The position numbers and the translations under genes are program-made. The notes beneath the pieces are model-generated. The model was not told the origin of the DNA, did not search any database, and saw nothing but the letters and a program-made list of their open reading frames with translations. A DNA stretch of 64,000 bases from a virus: positions 119,193 to 183,192 of IMG/VR virus record IMGVR_UViG_3300022752_000018; one strand, given 5' to 3'. Below, piece after piece: positions 51,071 through 58,874 of this stretch. Within the stretch, counting starts at the first letter, position 1. The number at the start of each line of letters is the position of its first letter.

Positions 51071-51396
51071 TGAACCCTAATGACATCATAATTTTTATAA
51101 ACAAATATGGATTCCCTGTAGTATTTTCAGGTTGCCTAGGCGCACTGATTTGGTATATTTGGAATTGGGTGACTAAGGAGATTAAACCAGTCATAGGTCA
51201 GGCTAATGATACATTATTAGAACTTATTGATCGAGTAAGACTATTGGATAACGACTTAATTAGATTAAATCAAAAAGTGGAGACTGTGATGGAATTGAGA
51301 GGTGAACGTATTGAAAAGGAAACTGATAAGTTTGAAGATCTAATTAATAATGAGCCACCAAATAAAACTGAAAACAGGGACAAACAAAAGAAGTAG
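51070..51396 (+). CDS. Small single-TM coiled-coil protein, paralog of 50786
   Basis: 'GFPVVFSGCLGALIWYIW' followed by 'LIDRVRLLDNDLIRLNQKV'. Confidence 0.65.
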   Translation: MNPNDIIIFINKYGFPVVFSGCLGALIWYIWNWVTKEIKPVIGQANDTLLELIDRVRLLDNDLIRLNQKVETVMELRGERIEKETDKFEDLINNEPPNKTENRDKQKK

Positions 51397-51555
51397 TCCT
51401 ACTATTTGTCTTTGTGTCATTTCTTCATCGAATATTTCAATTTCTCGTGAATTAAGAGTTTGTCTTACATCCTTGGGTATTGTACTAAATCCTGTAATAA
51501 ACAATATTAATCCATAAACTAAAAATACAAAATATATGGCAGCTATAATTGTCAT
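51340..51555 (-). CDS. Small membrane protein
   Basis: Two hydrophobic segments; start overlaps the cyclase stop. Confidence 0.45.
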   Translation of the reverse strand: MTIIAAIYFVFLVYGLILFITGFSTIPKDVRQTLNSREIEIFDEEMTQRQIVGLLLLFVPVFSFIWWLIIN

Positions 51556-52778
51556 CTCATTCTATTTTCATCAATAAACTTAATTTCATCAACTAGAGCA
51601 TCGGCGTCAGTCTTAAAATTATTAAACTCAGCTTTACTTATTGTTTTATTAAGATCTTCAAGTAATTTTTGTGCTGATGTGTCGTGCTCGGCTCTGGCTG
51701 CGTACAACCAACGAAATGCGTTTTTCTTGTCTGATATTTGGAGATAATATTTACCTAGACTAATCATTGCTGGTACTCTACGCTTCATGGCACTTTCTCT
51801 TAGATCACCTATAACATGCTCTATTTCGCTATCACTACTATTGGGATCACTGAATACCATTATGGCTAACCTATAACTGGCTTGTTCATTGACCTTGGCT
51901 GCTTGGCGTAGAAACTGTATGGCTAGGCTACGACTGTCGGACTCTACAAGGTCTGCTATTTTGATAGCTAGGTCGCTGTTAATTTTAGTACAGAACTCTC
52001 TGAATACAGCATGTACATAAGGTTTGAATTCAATAGGCACTAGGTTCTTTTGTAACATATTGATTAATTCATCAAGTGCTTGAATATCCTGTTTACTTAC
52101 TCGCCACATGAGTACACGAGTAGCAGGACCATACTTATTGTCATGCTTAAAAGTCATGGCATCATTTAATGTGCGATTACGAGCTGCTTGATCATTTAGT
52201 ACAGCAGCAATCATTTCGGCATGACTCTTAGTCGTAGTGGAAGTCTTCCTAACAGTTTTATTCAACCCTGGATTGGGACTGCTGCCCTCAATCTCCACAC
52301 TCCATATTTCCATAGGTTCAACATTTTTGAATTCTTGTATGCCCCTACTGATAAATTTATGATCTTTGATCTTACTGTTTACTAGCCTATATACAGCATC
52401 GGTCATAGTGACTCCACCAAGGTCAGCTAGACTTTCGCAACGTGCGGCTAGGTTAACGGCATCACCCATTAGGTTAGTGCCGTAGATCCACACTTCACCC
52501 ACATGCATGCCCACACGCCATCGCATGCCATTGTTTAATTTACTTAGCCTAGATTGCATCTCTATGCCAAAACGTACAGCATCAACAGCACTGGCGAACT
52601 CAATGAGCACACTGTCGCCCCCGGTGTTGAACAATCTACCTTTACTACTATCTATTAAAGGATCAATTATGGCACGGCAGGCATCTAACTTGGCCAAGGT
52701 CCCTGCTTCATCCCGCTGCATTAGGCTACTGTACCCAATGACATCACTACATATGATCGTTGCTAATTTAGTATCCAT
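51552..52778 (-). CDS. Class III nucleotidyl (adenylate/guanylate-type) cyclase with a C-terminal Sel1/TPR-like helical region
   Basis: 'CSDVIGYS', 'FNTGGDSVLIEF', 'RVGMHVGEV', 'GDAVNLAARCES'; C-terminal 'AMISLGKYYL...NAFRWLYAA'; TATAAATA on the minus strand at 52784-52791. Confidence 0.88.
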   Translation of the reverse strand: MDTKLATIICSDVIGYSSLMQRDEAGTLAKLDACRAIIDPLIDSSKGRLFNTGGDSVLIEFASAVDAVRFGIEMQSRLSKLNNGMRWRVGMHVGEVWIYGTNLMGDAVNLAARCESLADLGGVTMTDAVYRLVNSKIKDHKFISRGIQEFKNVEPMEIWSVEIEGSSPNPGLNKTVRKTSTTTKSHAEMIAAVLNDQAARNRTLNDAMTFKHDNKYGPATRVLMWRVSKQDIQALDELINMLQKNLVPIEFKPYVHAVFREFCTKINSDLAIKIADLVESDSRSLAIQFLRQAAKVNEQASYRLAIMVFSDPNSSDSEIEHVIGDLRESAMKRRVPAMISLGKYYLQISDKKNAFRWLYAARAEHDTSAQKLLEDLNKTISKAEFNNFKTDADALVDEIKFIDENRMR

Positions 52779-52783
52779 ACTAC

Positions 52784-52791
52784 TATTTATA
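52784..52791 (-). promoter_or_regulatory. T4-like late promoter (TATAAATA) for the cyclase gene
   Basis: Exact consensus 5 bp upstream of the ATG. Confidence 0.6.
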
Positions 52792-52798
52792 GTACGAA

Positions 52799-53026
52799 TT
52801 ACTTAATTTGACTCCTCAACCTAGCTACTTCATTGTGTAGCTCTTTATGACGAGCATGTAACCTACGTAACTCTTGTTGTAGAACAGCTATTTGACGTTG
52901 TAATAATCGAACTACATCATAATCTTGTGGACTTTGCTTGACATTATTACCACCTAAAGTAAGAGGACTATTATTACTGGCTATGCTTGTTTCTATATTG
53001 TATTGATCTTGAATCATATTCTGCAT
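52799..53026 (-). CDS. Small coiled-coil protein
   Basis: Heptad pattern 'LQRQIAVLQQELRRLHARHKELHNEVARLR'; likely ATG at 53026 after a GGGGGG RBS. Confidence 0.5.
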   Translation of the reverse strand: MQNMIQDQYNIETSIASNNSPLTLGGNNVKQSPQDYDVVRLLQRQIAVLQQELRRLHARHKELHNEVARLRSQIK

Positions 53027-53087
53027 TTTTGCCCCCCTTTTACTGTTTTTATTACTTATCAATTAAATACATATTATAGGATCTAGT

Positions 53088-53519
53088 TTGAAAGGACTTG
53101 AACAAGCCTTTGACCAACTCTTTGATGATACACTGAATAGACAAGGATGGTTGGTGCCAAAAAGCCTAAAAAGAGCTATGGTGTCTATTTTGGTGGAAAA
53201 ATTAGACAAAAATCCATGGCAACCAGAACCCAGCTATGCCCAACTGTATCTTACAGCACGTAGACCAGAAACTTTAAAATGGTTAGGAGATACTTGTTGG
53301 TTTACAAGAGCCATATTCCCCCAATTAGGTACACGCAGAGGTATTAGCGCTAGTTACTATACAGACTTGGGTCAAGGCTGTTATAGTCGATTATTAAACT
53401 ATATAGGCCCAGATAATAATCTTGAATTGATGATTCGTCATTTTGACTTTCTTGCTGAAGTGGCTTGGACTGTGGTACATAGCCAAGGACAATTTCGAAA
53501 AATGTGGAGCGAGGATTGA
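53088..53519 (+). CDS. Hypothetical protein, resembling a proteobacterial helical family
   Basis: 'LGDTCWFTRAIFP...RRGISASYYTDLGQGCY'; TAAATA at 53064-53069. Confidence 0.55.
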   Translation: MKGLEQAFDQLFDDTLNRQGWLVPKSLKRAMVSILVEKLDKNPWQPEPSYAQLYLTARRPETLKWLGDTCWFTRAIFPQLGTRRGISASYYTDLGQGCYSRLLNYIGPDNNLELMIRHFDFLAEVAWTVVHSQGQFRKMWSED

Positions 53520-53551
53520 TATCTATTAAATAGTATTTTAATTAAAATGCT

Positions 53552-54433
53552 ATGTTAAAAGATCAAGCTCTAAAATTTTTTACAGAACTACAAACAGATA
53601 TTATCAATGGACTATCCACTATTGAGGATGACCCTTTTATTTCTGACAGTTGGACTAGACTAGAAGGTGGCGGCGGTACTAGTAGACTGGTAGAACTTGG
53701 CACTGTATTCGAACGTGGCGGCTGTAACTATAGCCATGTATTTGGAAAAAAACTACCACCCAGCGCCAGCGAACATAGACCTGAACTGGCAGGACAAAGC
53801 TGGGAGGCAGCAGGCGTTAGTTTGGTCCTGCATCCTAATAACCCCTACGTGCCCACAGCACATTTGAATGTGCGTATGTTTATTACAGAGTCAGGACAGG
53901 GATGGTTCGGTGGTGGCATGGATCTTACCCCATATTACTACTTTGAAGAAGACGCTGTACATTGGCATCAAACTTGTAAAAACGCTCTAGATCTTATTAA
54001 TACTGAACTATATCCCAAATATAAACAATGGTGCGATAACTACTTCGATCTTAAACATAGAAACGAATCAAGAGGCATTGGCGGCATATTCTTCGACGAT
54101 CTCAGCCAACCCTCAATGGAACAGGCGTTTGACATAGTTAAGGCCACTGGTCAGGCATTCTTAAAGGCCTACACACCCATAGTAATCTTGCGTAGAGATA
54201 TGCCCTACTCAGAACGAGAACGTGATTGGCAACTATATCGAAGAGGTAGATACGTAGAGTTTAATTTGGTCTACGACAGAGGCACTCTATTTGGTCTACA
54301 GAGCAATGGACGCACTGAAAGTATACTGATGAGTATGCCACCTCTAGTACGTTGGCAGTATGACTATCATCCTCCCCATGGTAGTAGGGAAGATGAACTA
54401 CTTAAGAACTTGATCCCAAAATCATACGTTTGA
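53552..54433 (+). CDS. hemF: Oxygen-dependent coproporphyrinogen III oxidase
   Basis: 'GGGTSR', '[11 protein letters not shown]', '[21 protein letters not shown]', '[10 protein letters not shown]', '[10 protein letters not shown]', '[20 protein letters not shown]', 'ESILMSMPP'. Confidence 0.96.
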   Translation: MLKDQALKFFTELQTDIINGLSTIEDDPFISDSWTRLEGGGGTSRLVELGTVFERGGCNYSHVFGKKLPPSASEHRPELAGQSWEAAGVSLVLHPNNPYVPTAHLNVRMFITESGQGWFGGGMDLTPYYYFEEDAVHWHQTCKNALDLINTELYPKYKQWCDNYFDLKHRNESRGIGGIFFDDLSQPSMEQAFDIVKATGQAFLKAYTPIVILRRDMPYSERERDWQLYRRGRYVEFNLVYDRGTLFGLQSNGRTESILMSMPPLVRWQYDYHPPHGSREDELLKNLIPKSYV

Positions 54434-54434
54434 T

Positions 54435-54456
54435 GCCGAAGGCTCCCGCGAAGCGG
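54435..54456. terminator. Two GAA-loop mini-hairpins between convergent genes
   Basis: GCC-GAA-GGC (54435-54443) and CCGC-GAA-GCGG (54446-54456); no U-tract. Confidence 0.35.
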
Positions 54457-54496
54457 TAGAAACGGTAGGCCAAATTTTAAAACCATTACAATAAGA

Positions 54497-55150
54497 TTAC
54501 AACTTATTAACCAATAATCTTACGAAATCTGCTAACAAAGCATGATGAGTATAATGGTGCCAATAACGCCGCATATAGCGATCCATATACCAAAAACTGT
54601 CACTCTCAGGATGAGGCCCTATTAGGCCAATCCTACCCTCAATTAGTGCCGCACAATCACCATTAGTATAACTGGCTATGCTACTAGAAGGCTTGGCCCC
54701 TAATAGACTACACCCATCATAGAAAAACATGGTTTCATTATGACCCATCCAAGTAACATCAACTACTGTGCTATAACTACGATGTACACTGGCCCCTGGT
54801 CGCCGAATATACTGAACTGGATTGATATCACTGGCTAGATCAAAATATAAAGGACCGGCCCAGTAGGCTCCCATACAGATGCCTAGATAATGACCCCCTT
54901 GCAGAACATACTGCTGTACTTGATCTAGATAGGGCTCACAGATACGATGCCACGTGTCCGAATCACCTAAGCCCCCTGGCACGGCCAGTAACTGATACTT
55001 GCTTAACTTCTTTAATACTAGATCCGTGTTCTTTATACAGTCTACATTGGATATACCATATAAAGATGACAATACCTTTACAACACCGTGAGCACTTTGT
55101 AGACTACACTCAGGATGGTTAAGTAATACCGCGGCTTTGAGCTTGGCCAT
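54497..55150 (-). CDS. Class I glutamine-amidotransferase-like protein (BPL_N family-like)
   Basis: 'VPGG', nucleophile elbow 'YLGICMGAY', 'GPHPE'; minus-strand TAAATA at 55158-55163. Confidence 0.75.
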   Translation of the reverse strand: MAKLKAAVLLNHPECSLQSAHGVVKVLSSLYGISNVDCIKNTDLVLKKLSKYQLLAVPGGLGDSDTWHRICEPYLDQVQQYVLQGGHYLGICMGAYWAGPLYFDLASDINPVQYIRRPGASVHRSYSTVVDVTWMGHNETMFFYDGCSLLGAKPSSSIASYTNGDCAALIEGRIGLIGPHPESDSFWYMDRYMRRYWHHYTHHALLADFVRLLVNKL

Positions 55151-55372
55151 AATACTATATTTACACTAGAATTATGGAGTTTTGATTACATAGACTTTAC
55201 TTATCCCAACGGGCTAAATCTTAATCTTTGACCTCTTGCTTACTGCCCAAACTCCAACTGGCTAGAAATCCTAGAAATATGATAAATCCTATGACCTCAA
55301 CCCATACATCTAAACCAATCTCACTATAATCTATCATAATACAGATCCTTTCAAGAATTATTTAGCAGAATC

Positions 55373-55403
55373 CGAACCGGGGTCTACAATAAAAAAAATC
55401 CTG
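55373..55403 (+). repeat. Imperfect ~30-bp direct repeat, copy 1
   Basis: CGAACCGGGGTCTACAATAAAAAAAATCCTG. Confidence 0.7.
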
Positions 55404-55448
55404 ATATGCCAATAACGTTAGTCATGAATAAAAGTTAATAAATAATTG

Positions 55449-56288
55449 ATGCGAATTCATGAAATATTATCAGAAATAGGACAACCCACAAGTTTCAAAA
55501 CCGCACCGGTTTTACAGTCGCCCATGCGGCCGATGTCAGCTCAAGACAGAGCAATGTGGGTCGCACGAGGACAAAAACTGACTCAGCGACTCAAGAACAT
55601 ATATGCGGTATTAATTAACTCGATGGCTCAGGAAGATCAAAAAATGATACAGGGCGTGCCTGTTAGTGCTCCAATGGATGTGGATGTATTGGCCTATGCT
55701 CATACTAATATTACCGATCTAGCAAAAAAAGGTATAGAATTTGATATAGGCACATTTTGGAATATGACCGATAGCTGTCTAGCTTATGTACTGGGTCACG
55801 AAATTGGACACGTTCTACAGGAACGCTCAGGTGGTGTTACAAGTTATAAGAATAGATCTAGACCAGGTATTACGGATAAACAAAAGAGAGAGCTGAACCG
55901 AAAAATGGAATTGGATGCAGATGCCTACGGTGCTGTATTGGCCTACAAATGCGGCTATAACGCTAATGAAGCTAGAGCTTTTCTTAGTCGTGCTGAATTA
56001 CAAGAGCCTGAGGATCCTCAGGCAGATTATCCTAGTTGGAATACAAGACAAGCTGGTATAACTAAAGCAGTAAAGAACTACTCAGACCAAAGGCGTAGCG
56101 AAATAGAACCAGAAATGGACATGCATTTTCAACAAAGTTTACAGCGTCGTGGACCGTCACCAGAAGCTAAAGAAGATATACAACATGCTCTACACGGTAT
56201 ATCACAACTTAATGCTGTATTGGCAGCAATGCCAGAACTAGCTCAACCAGGTCCTATGCCTCCGGCTAGTAGTTTAAACTGGGCTTGA
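55449..56288 (+). CDS. Zinc metalloprotease, M48-like
   Basis: 'VLGHEIGHV' (HExxH) and 'MELDADAYG'; TAAATA at 55439-55444. Confidence 0.75.
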   Translation: MRIHEILSEIGQPTSFKTAPVLQSPMRPMSAQDRAMWVARGQKLTQRLKNIYAVLINSMAQEDQKMIQGVPVSAPMDVDVLAYAHTNITDLAKKGIEFDIGTFWNMTDSCLAYVLGHEIGHVLQERSGGVTSYKNRSRPGITDKQKRELNRKMELDADAYGAVLAYKCGYNANEARAFLSRAELQEPEDPQADYPSWNTRQAGITKAVKNYSDQRRSEIEPEMDMHFQQSLQRRGPSPEAKEDIQHALHGISQLNAVLAAMPELAQPGPMPPASSLNWA

Positions 56289-56350
56289 TTTATGTACATG
56301 GTCAGCTTGGCGACTACGAATGTGCAACAACACAGATTCGGCCGGGATGG

Positions 56351-56380
56351 CGAACCGGGTCTACAGCTAAAAAAATTCTG
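56351..56380 (+). repeat. Imperfect ~30-bp direct repeat, copy 2
   Basis: CGAACCGGGTCTACAGCTAAAAAAATTCTG. Confidence 0.7.
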
Positions 56381-56545
56381 CGCTAAGAAATTTTAATATG
56401 AAGTACTTAAACTTTTCAGGGGGTTTTTCTGCCACCATGGGTTCTGTAGCAGCAGCGCTATAAAATATATAATTTATTTTTATAAAGCCACCACCATAAC
56501 ATTTATAATATTATAAAATAATAACCCTCCATAGTAGTAAACTAT

Positions 56546-56574
56546 TTGACAAGCTCAAAGACTTGTGCTACTAT
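56546..56574 (+). promoter_or_regulatory. Sigma70-type promoter TTGACA-N17-TACTAT
   Basis: Upstream of RBS GGAG and the ATG at 56600. Confidence 0.75.
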
Positions 56575-56599
56575 ATGTTTTTTACTACACGACGGAGCC

Positions 56600-56872
56600 A
56601 TGCTTATGTGCCATTGCTACACTGTTGACTACACTGAGTCGTTCAATGAACAACTCAAACACAACGAGGACTGGGAGCTTGAGGAGCAGTTCATAGAGCA
56701 GTTTGAGCGGGACTATGCTACTAGCCTAGAGGGTACCCGTAGCCGTAATGTAGGCGGGGTGGTGTTATACTATAAGGCACGTCGGGAAGTAGCCTTCTTT
56801 GACTATGAGAACATGGTGGGTAGTGTATACGCCCTAGGGGGTAAGCGAGCCAGTGCAGTATGCGACTGCTAG
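56600..56872 (+). CDS. Small acidic hypothetical protein (90 aa)
   Basis: Start reassigned to the ATG after GGAGCC; own promoter and terminator. Confidence 0.7.
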   Translation: MLMCHCYTVDYTESFNEQLKHNEDWELEEQFIEQFERDYATSLEGTRSRNVGGVVLYYKARREVAFFDYENMVGSVYALGGKRASAVCDC

Positions 56873-56891
56873 CCCTAGAGCTCGATCAACG

Positions 56892-56914
56892 AGGACGCAC
56901 TGCGTCCTTTTTTT
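56892..56914 (+). terminator. Rho-independent terminator
   Basis: AGGACGC-ACT-GCGTCCT followed by a T-run. Confidence 0.85.
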
Positions 56915-56931
56915 ATGACTATTTTCCGGCC

Positions 56932-56966
56932 AAAAAAAAGTCCTGATGGCATACTCACATCAGGAC
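56932..56966 (-). terminator. Rho-independent terminator
   Basis: 9-bp stem GTCCTGATG/CATCAGGAC followed by 8 T on the minus strand. Confidence 0.85.
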
Positions 56967-56977
56967 CTAAAGGGAGA

Positions 56978-57310
56978 CTAGTCTAGTCTGCTGCCTGCGT
57001 ATACACGCTCAAGGCCTAACTGTTCCTTCAGTACATGAGCAAAGGCTTCAGCGCCATCTTCCAATATGCCCACGCTCTGTACGCCTAGTCGGCTGGGGTT
57101 CCAGTACTGTAGGCTACGCTGGTAGCCGTTGCGAGTAAAGCCTGAGGCCAACAGTGCTCGACCCAGTCGACTGTTAGCCCTAACGCCGTAGACGTCTACC
57201 CAAGCAAAGCCACAAGCGTCCCTATCACCACGTTGCTCTAAGCTCTTACGTGCCTGGCTGTTAGCGGCCTTCAATGCTTGCTCTACAGCCTGTTGTACCT
57301 GTTGTTCCAT
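56978..57310 (-). CDS. Conserved phage hypothetical protein
   Basis: 'DACGFAWVDV...AEAFAHVL...YAGSRLD'; RBS AGGAG and own promoter. Confidence 0.8.
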   Translation of the reverse strand: MEQQVQQAVEQALKAANSQARKSLEQRGDRDACGFAWVDVYGVRANSRLGRALLASGFTRNGYQRSLQYWNPSRLGVQSVGILEDGAEAFAHVLKEQLGLERVYAGSRLD

Positions 57311-57343
57311 TTCGTTGCTCCTGTGTAATCTTTAAGTGTTCGT

Positions 57344-57372
57344 AGTATACGCGGGTTCTAAAAGCCTGTCAA
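57344..57372 (-). promoter_or_regulatory. Early promoter TTGACA-N17-TATACT
   Basis: Spacer GGCTTTTAGAACCCGCG. Confidence 0.9.
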
Positions 57373-57373
57373 C

Positions 57374-57616
57374 CTATGTGGTTATTGAGTCAATGACTAC
57401 AGTCTCTACTGGTACAGTGACTATATCGAAGTCAGCGTGGTCCAAGGTACCCCAGAGGCTGACATGTAGTTGTTCTGCGGCCCGTTGTGCTTCTAGTGCC
57501 TGTAGCCGGGAAGTGTAGAAGCCTAAGGTACCATCGTAGTCTGGGTCCAAGAGGCTGCTGGCCAGTGTGGGTTGGCCCAAGTTCTGTAGAATGTAGATCA
57601 GGATAGTGTCAAACAA
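57374..57616 (-). CDS. Small hypothetical protein
   Basis: TTG start after AAAGGA; own promoter. Confidence 0.65.
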   Translation of the reverse strand: MFDTILIYILQNLGQPTLASSLLDPDYDGTLGFYTSRLQALEAQRAAEQLHVSLWGTLDHADFDIVTVPVETVVIDSITT

Positions 57617-57646
57617 GTGTGTTCCTTTCTGTGTCTGTATGTTCGT

Positions 57647-57675
57647 ATTGTATGCTCGTTCTAAAGACCTGTCAA
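57647..57675 (-). promoter_or_regulatory. Early promoter TTGACA-N17-TACAAT
   Basis: Spacer GGTCTTTAGAACGAGCA. Confidence 0.9.
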
Positions 57676-57690
57676 CCTGTGTGGGTATTT

Positions 57691-57767
57691 TGGCCTGACT
57701 GGAGGGATTCGAACCCCCGACCGACGGATTAGAAATCCGTTGCTCTATCCTGCTGAGCTACAGTCAG
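57691..57767 (-). tRNA. tRNA-Arg(UCU)
   Basis: Acceptor CTGACTG/CAGTCAG, anticodon arm ACGGA-TTTCTAA-TCCGT, T-loop GGTTCGAATCC, encoded CCA. Confidence 0.95.
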
Positions 57768-57768
57768 T

Positions 57769-57855
57769 TGGTGCCCGTAGCCGGAGTCGAACCAGCACGC
57801 CGTTGCCAGCGAGGGATTTTAAGTCCCTTGTGTCTACCTATTTCACCATACGGGC
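57769..57855 (-). tRNA. tRNA-Leu(UAA)
   Basis: Acceptor GCCCGTA/TACGGGC, anticodon arm AGGGA-CTTAAAA-TCCCT, long variable arm, GTTCGACTC, encoded CCA. Confidence 0.95.
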
Positions 57856-57861
57856 CTGATC

Positions 57862-58188
57862 TTATTTAGCAGGTTCCAGGCTGGCTATGCCCAGTTCCTG
57901 CATGCCTTGTTCTGTGAATCTCACTGGAAAGCCTACAATCCTGCTGACATCTTGTTCAAAGCCCCTGTCAGTGTAGACTTCCCAGGGACCACTGTGTGAG
58001 ACAAGGACTTCTGTTACAATCCTGTCTGCTAGGGCAAGATGCCTGATCGTTATAGCATCTACATTGAACTTCATACCCTTGCTCTCCATCCACAGGCTAG
58101 TGCCATCGCAGGTAGCAGTGTCTGAGACTGGAAAACAGTGCTCTACACTGCCCTCCGCAAAATGTGTCATAGTCATATAGTTTAGCAT
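57862..58188 (-). CDS. Conserved phage hypothetical protein
   Basis: 'VYTDRGFE...FTEQGMQ' motif. Confidence 0.65.
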   Translation of the reverse strand: MLNYMTMTHFAEGSVEHCFPVSDTATCDGTSLWMESKGMKFNVDAITIRHLALADRIVTEVLVSHSGPWEVYTDRGFEQDVSRIVGFPVRFTEQGMQELGIASLEPAK

Positions 58189-58198
58189 GTTATAATCC

Positions 58199-58486
58199 TT
58201 AGCCTAATAGTGCCTTCACACGCACATACTCTCCACCGCCAACTCGCAATTGCACGTCGCAGTCACAAGAGGTACGTTTCACCTTGTTCTTGTAGCCTGC
58301 TAAAAAAAGCATAGTCTCAAGTTCTTTAGCCAACTTGTCTGCTTCTGCTCGGCTATAAAGCCTAAACGCCACATGTCGCAAGCTGTGGTCCTGCTTGCAC
58401 TTGTCTGTAAAAGAGCCAGCATAGCCAAAACTCTTCGTGTAAATGAAACGTGCGAACAGACGCACAATTTTAGTCGTTGCCAACAT
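58199..58486 (-). CDS. Small basic hypothetical protein
   Basis: RBS AAAGGA and own promoter. Confidence 0.7.
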   Translation of the reverse strand: MLATTKIVRLFARFIYTKSFGYAGSFTDKCKQDHSLRHVAFRLYSRAEADKLAKELETMLFLAGYKNKVKRTSCDCDVQLRVGGGEYVRVKALLG

Positions 58487-58514
58487 CTCAGTTCCTTTTG
58501 TTTACTATACAGGC

Positions 58515-58543
58515 ATTATACAGGGGTTCTAAAGACCTGTCAA
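58515..58543 (-). promoter_or_regulatory. Early promoter TTGACA-N17-TATAAT
   Basis: Spacer GGTCTTTAGAACCCCTG. Confidence 0.92.
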
Positions 58544-58552
58544 CCTGTAGGG

Positions 58553-58726
58553 TTATTCTAAGTCCAGTGTATGCTCTTCTATAGCAGTCTCTAGTTCAGT
58601 GTCCATCTCCTCAGCCAAGTTAGCCAATGCAGCCTTAGCCAATTCTAATGTACTATAAACTCCAACGTTATAAAAAGCAAGTTCATCATCGCCAATGCCC
58701 TGGGCCGTTGCTACAAATAATTTCAT
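58553..58726 (-). CDS. Small acidic hypothetical protein (57 aa; not in the ORF track)
   Basis: MKLFVATAQGIGDDELAFYNVGVYSTLELAKAALANLAEEMDTELETAIEEHTLDLE; own promoter; stop codon lies inside the next promoter's upstream motif. Confidence 0.75.
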   Translation of the reverse strand: MKLFVATAQGIGDDELAFYNVGVYSTLELAKAALANLAEEMDTELETAIEEHTLDLE

Positions 58727-58756
58727 CTATGTTCCGTTTTTTGTTTAAGTCTTTGT

Positions 58757-58785
58757 ATTATACATGAGGTCTAAAGACCTGTCAA
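58757..58785 (-). promoter_or_regulatory. Early promoter TTGACA-N17-TATAAT
   Basis: Spacer GGTCTTTAGACCTCATG. Confidence 0.92.
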
Positions 58786-58826
58786 GCTGTGTGGGTATTT
58801 GTTGCGAACGTACAACAGTCTAGACA

Positions 58827-58874
58827 CCGTTATACTACCTATGACAAGTTCTAGGCCTCCGTTATACTACCTAT
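58827..58874 (+). repeat. 16-bp perfect direct repeat CCGTTATACTACCTAT x2
   Basis: Copies at 58827-58842 and 58859-58874 in non-coding DNA. Confidence 0.85.
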
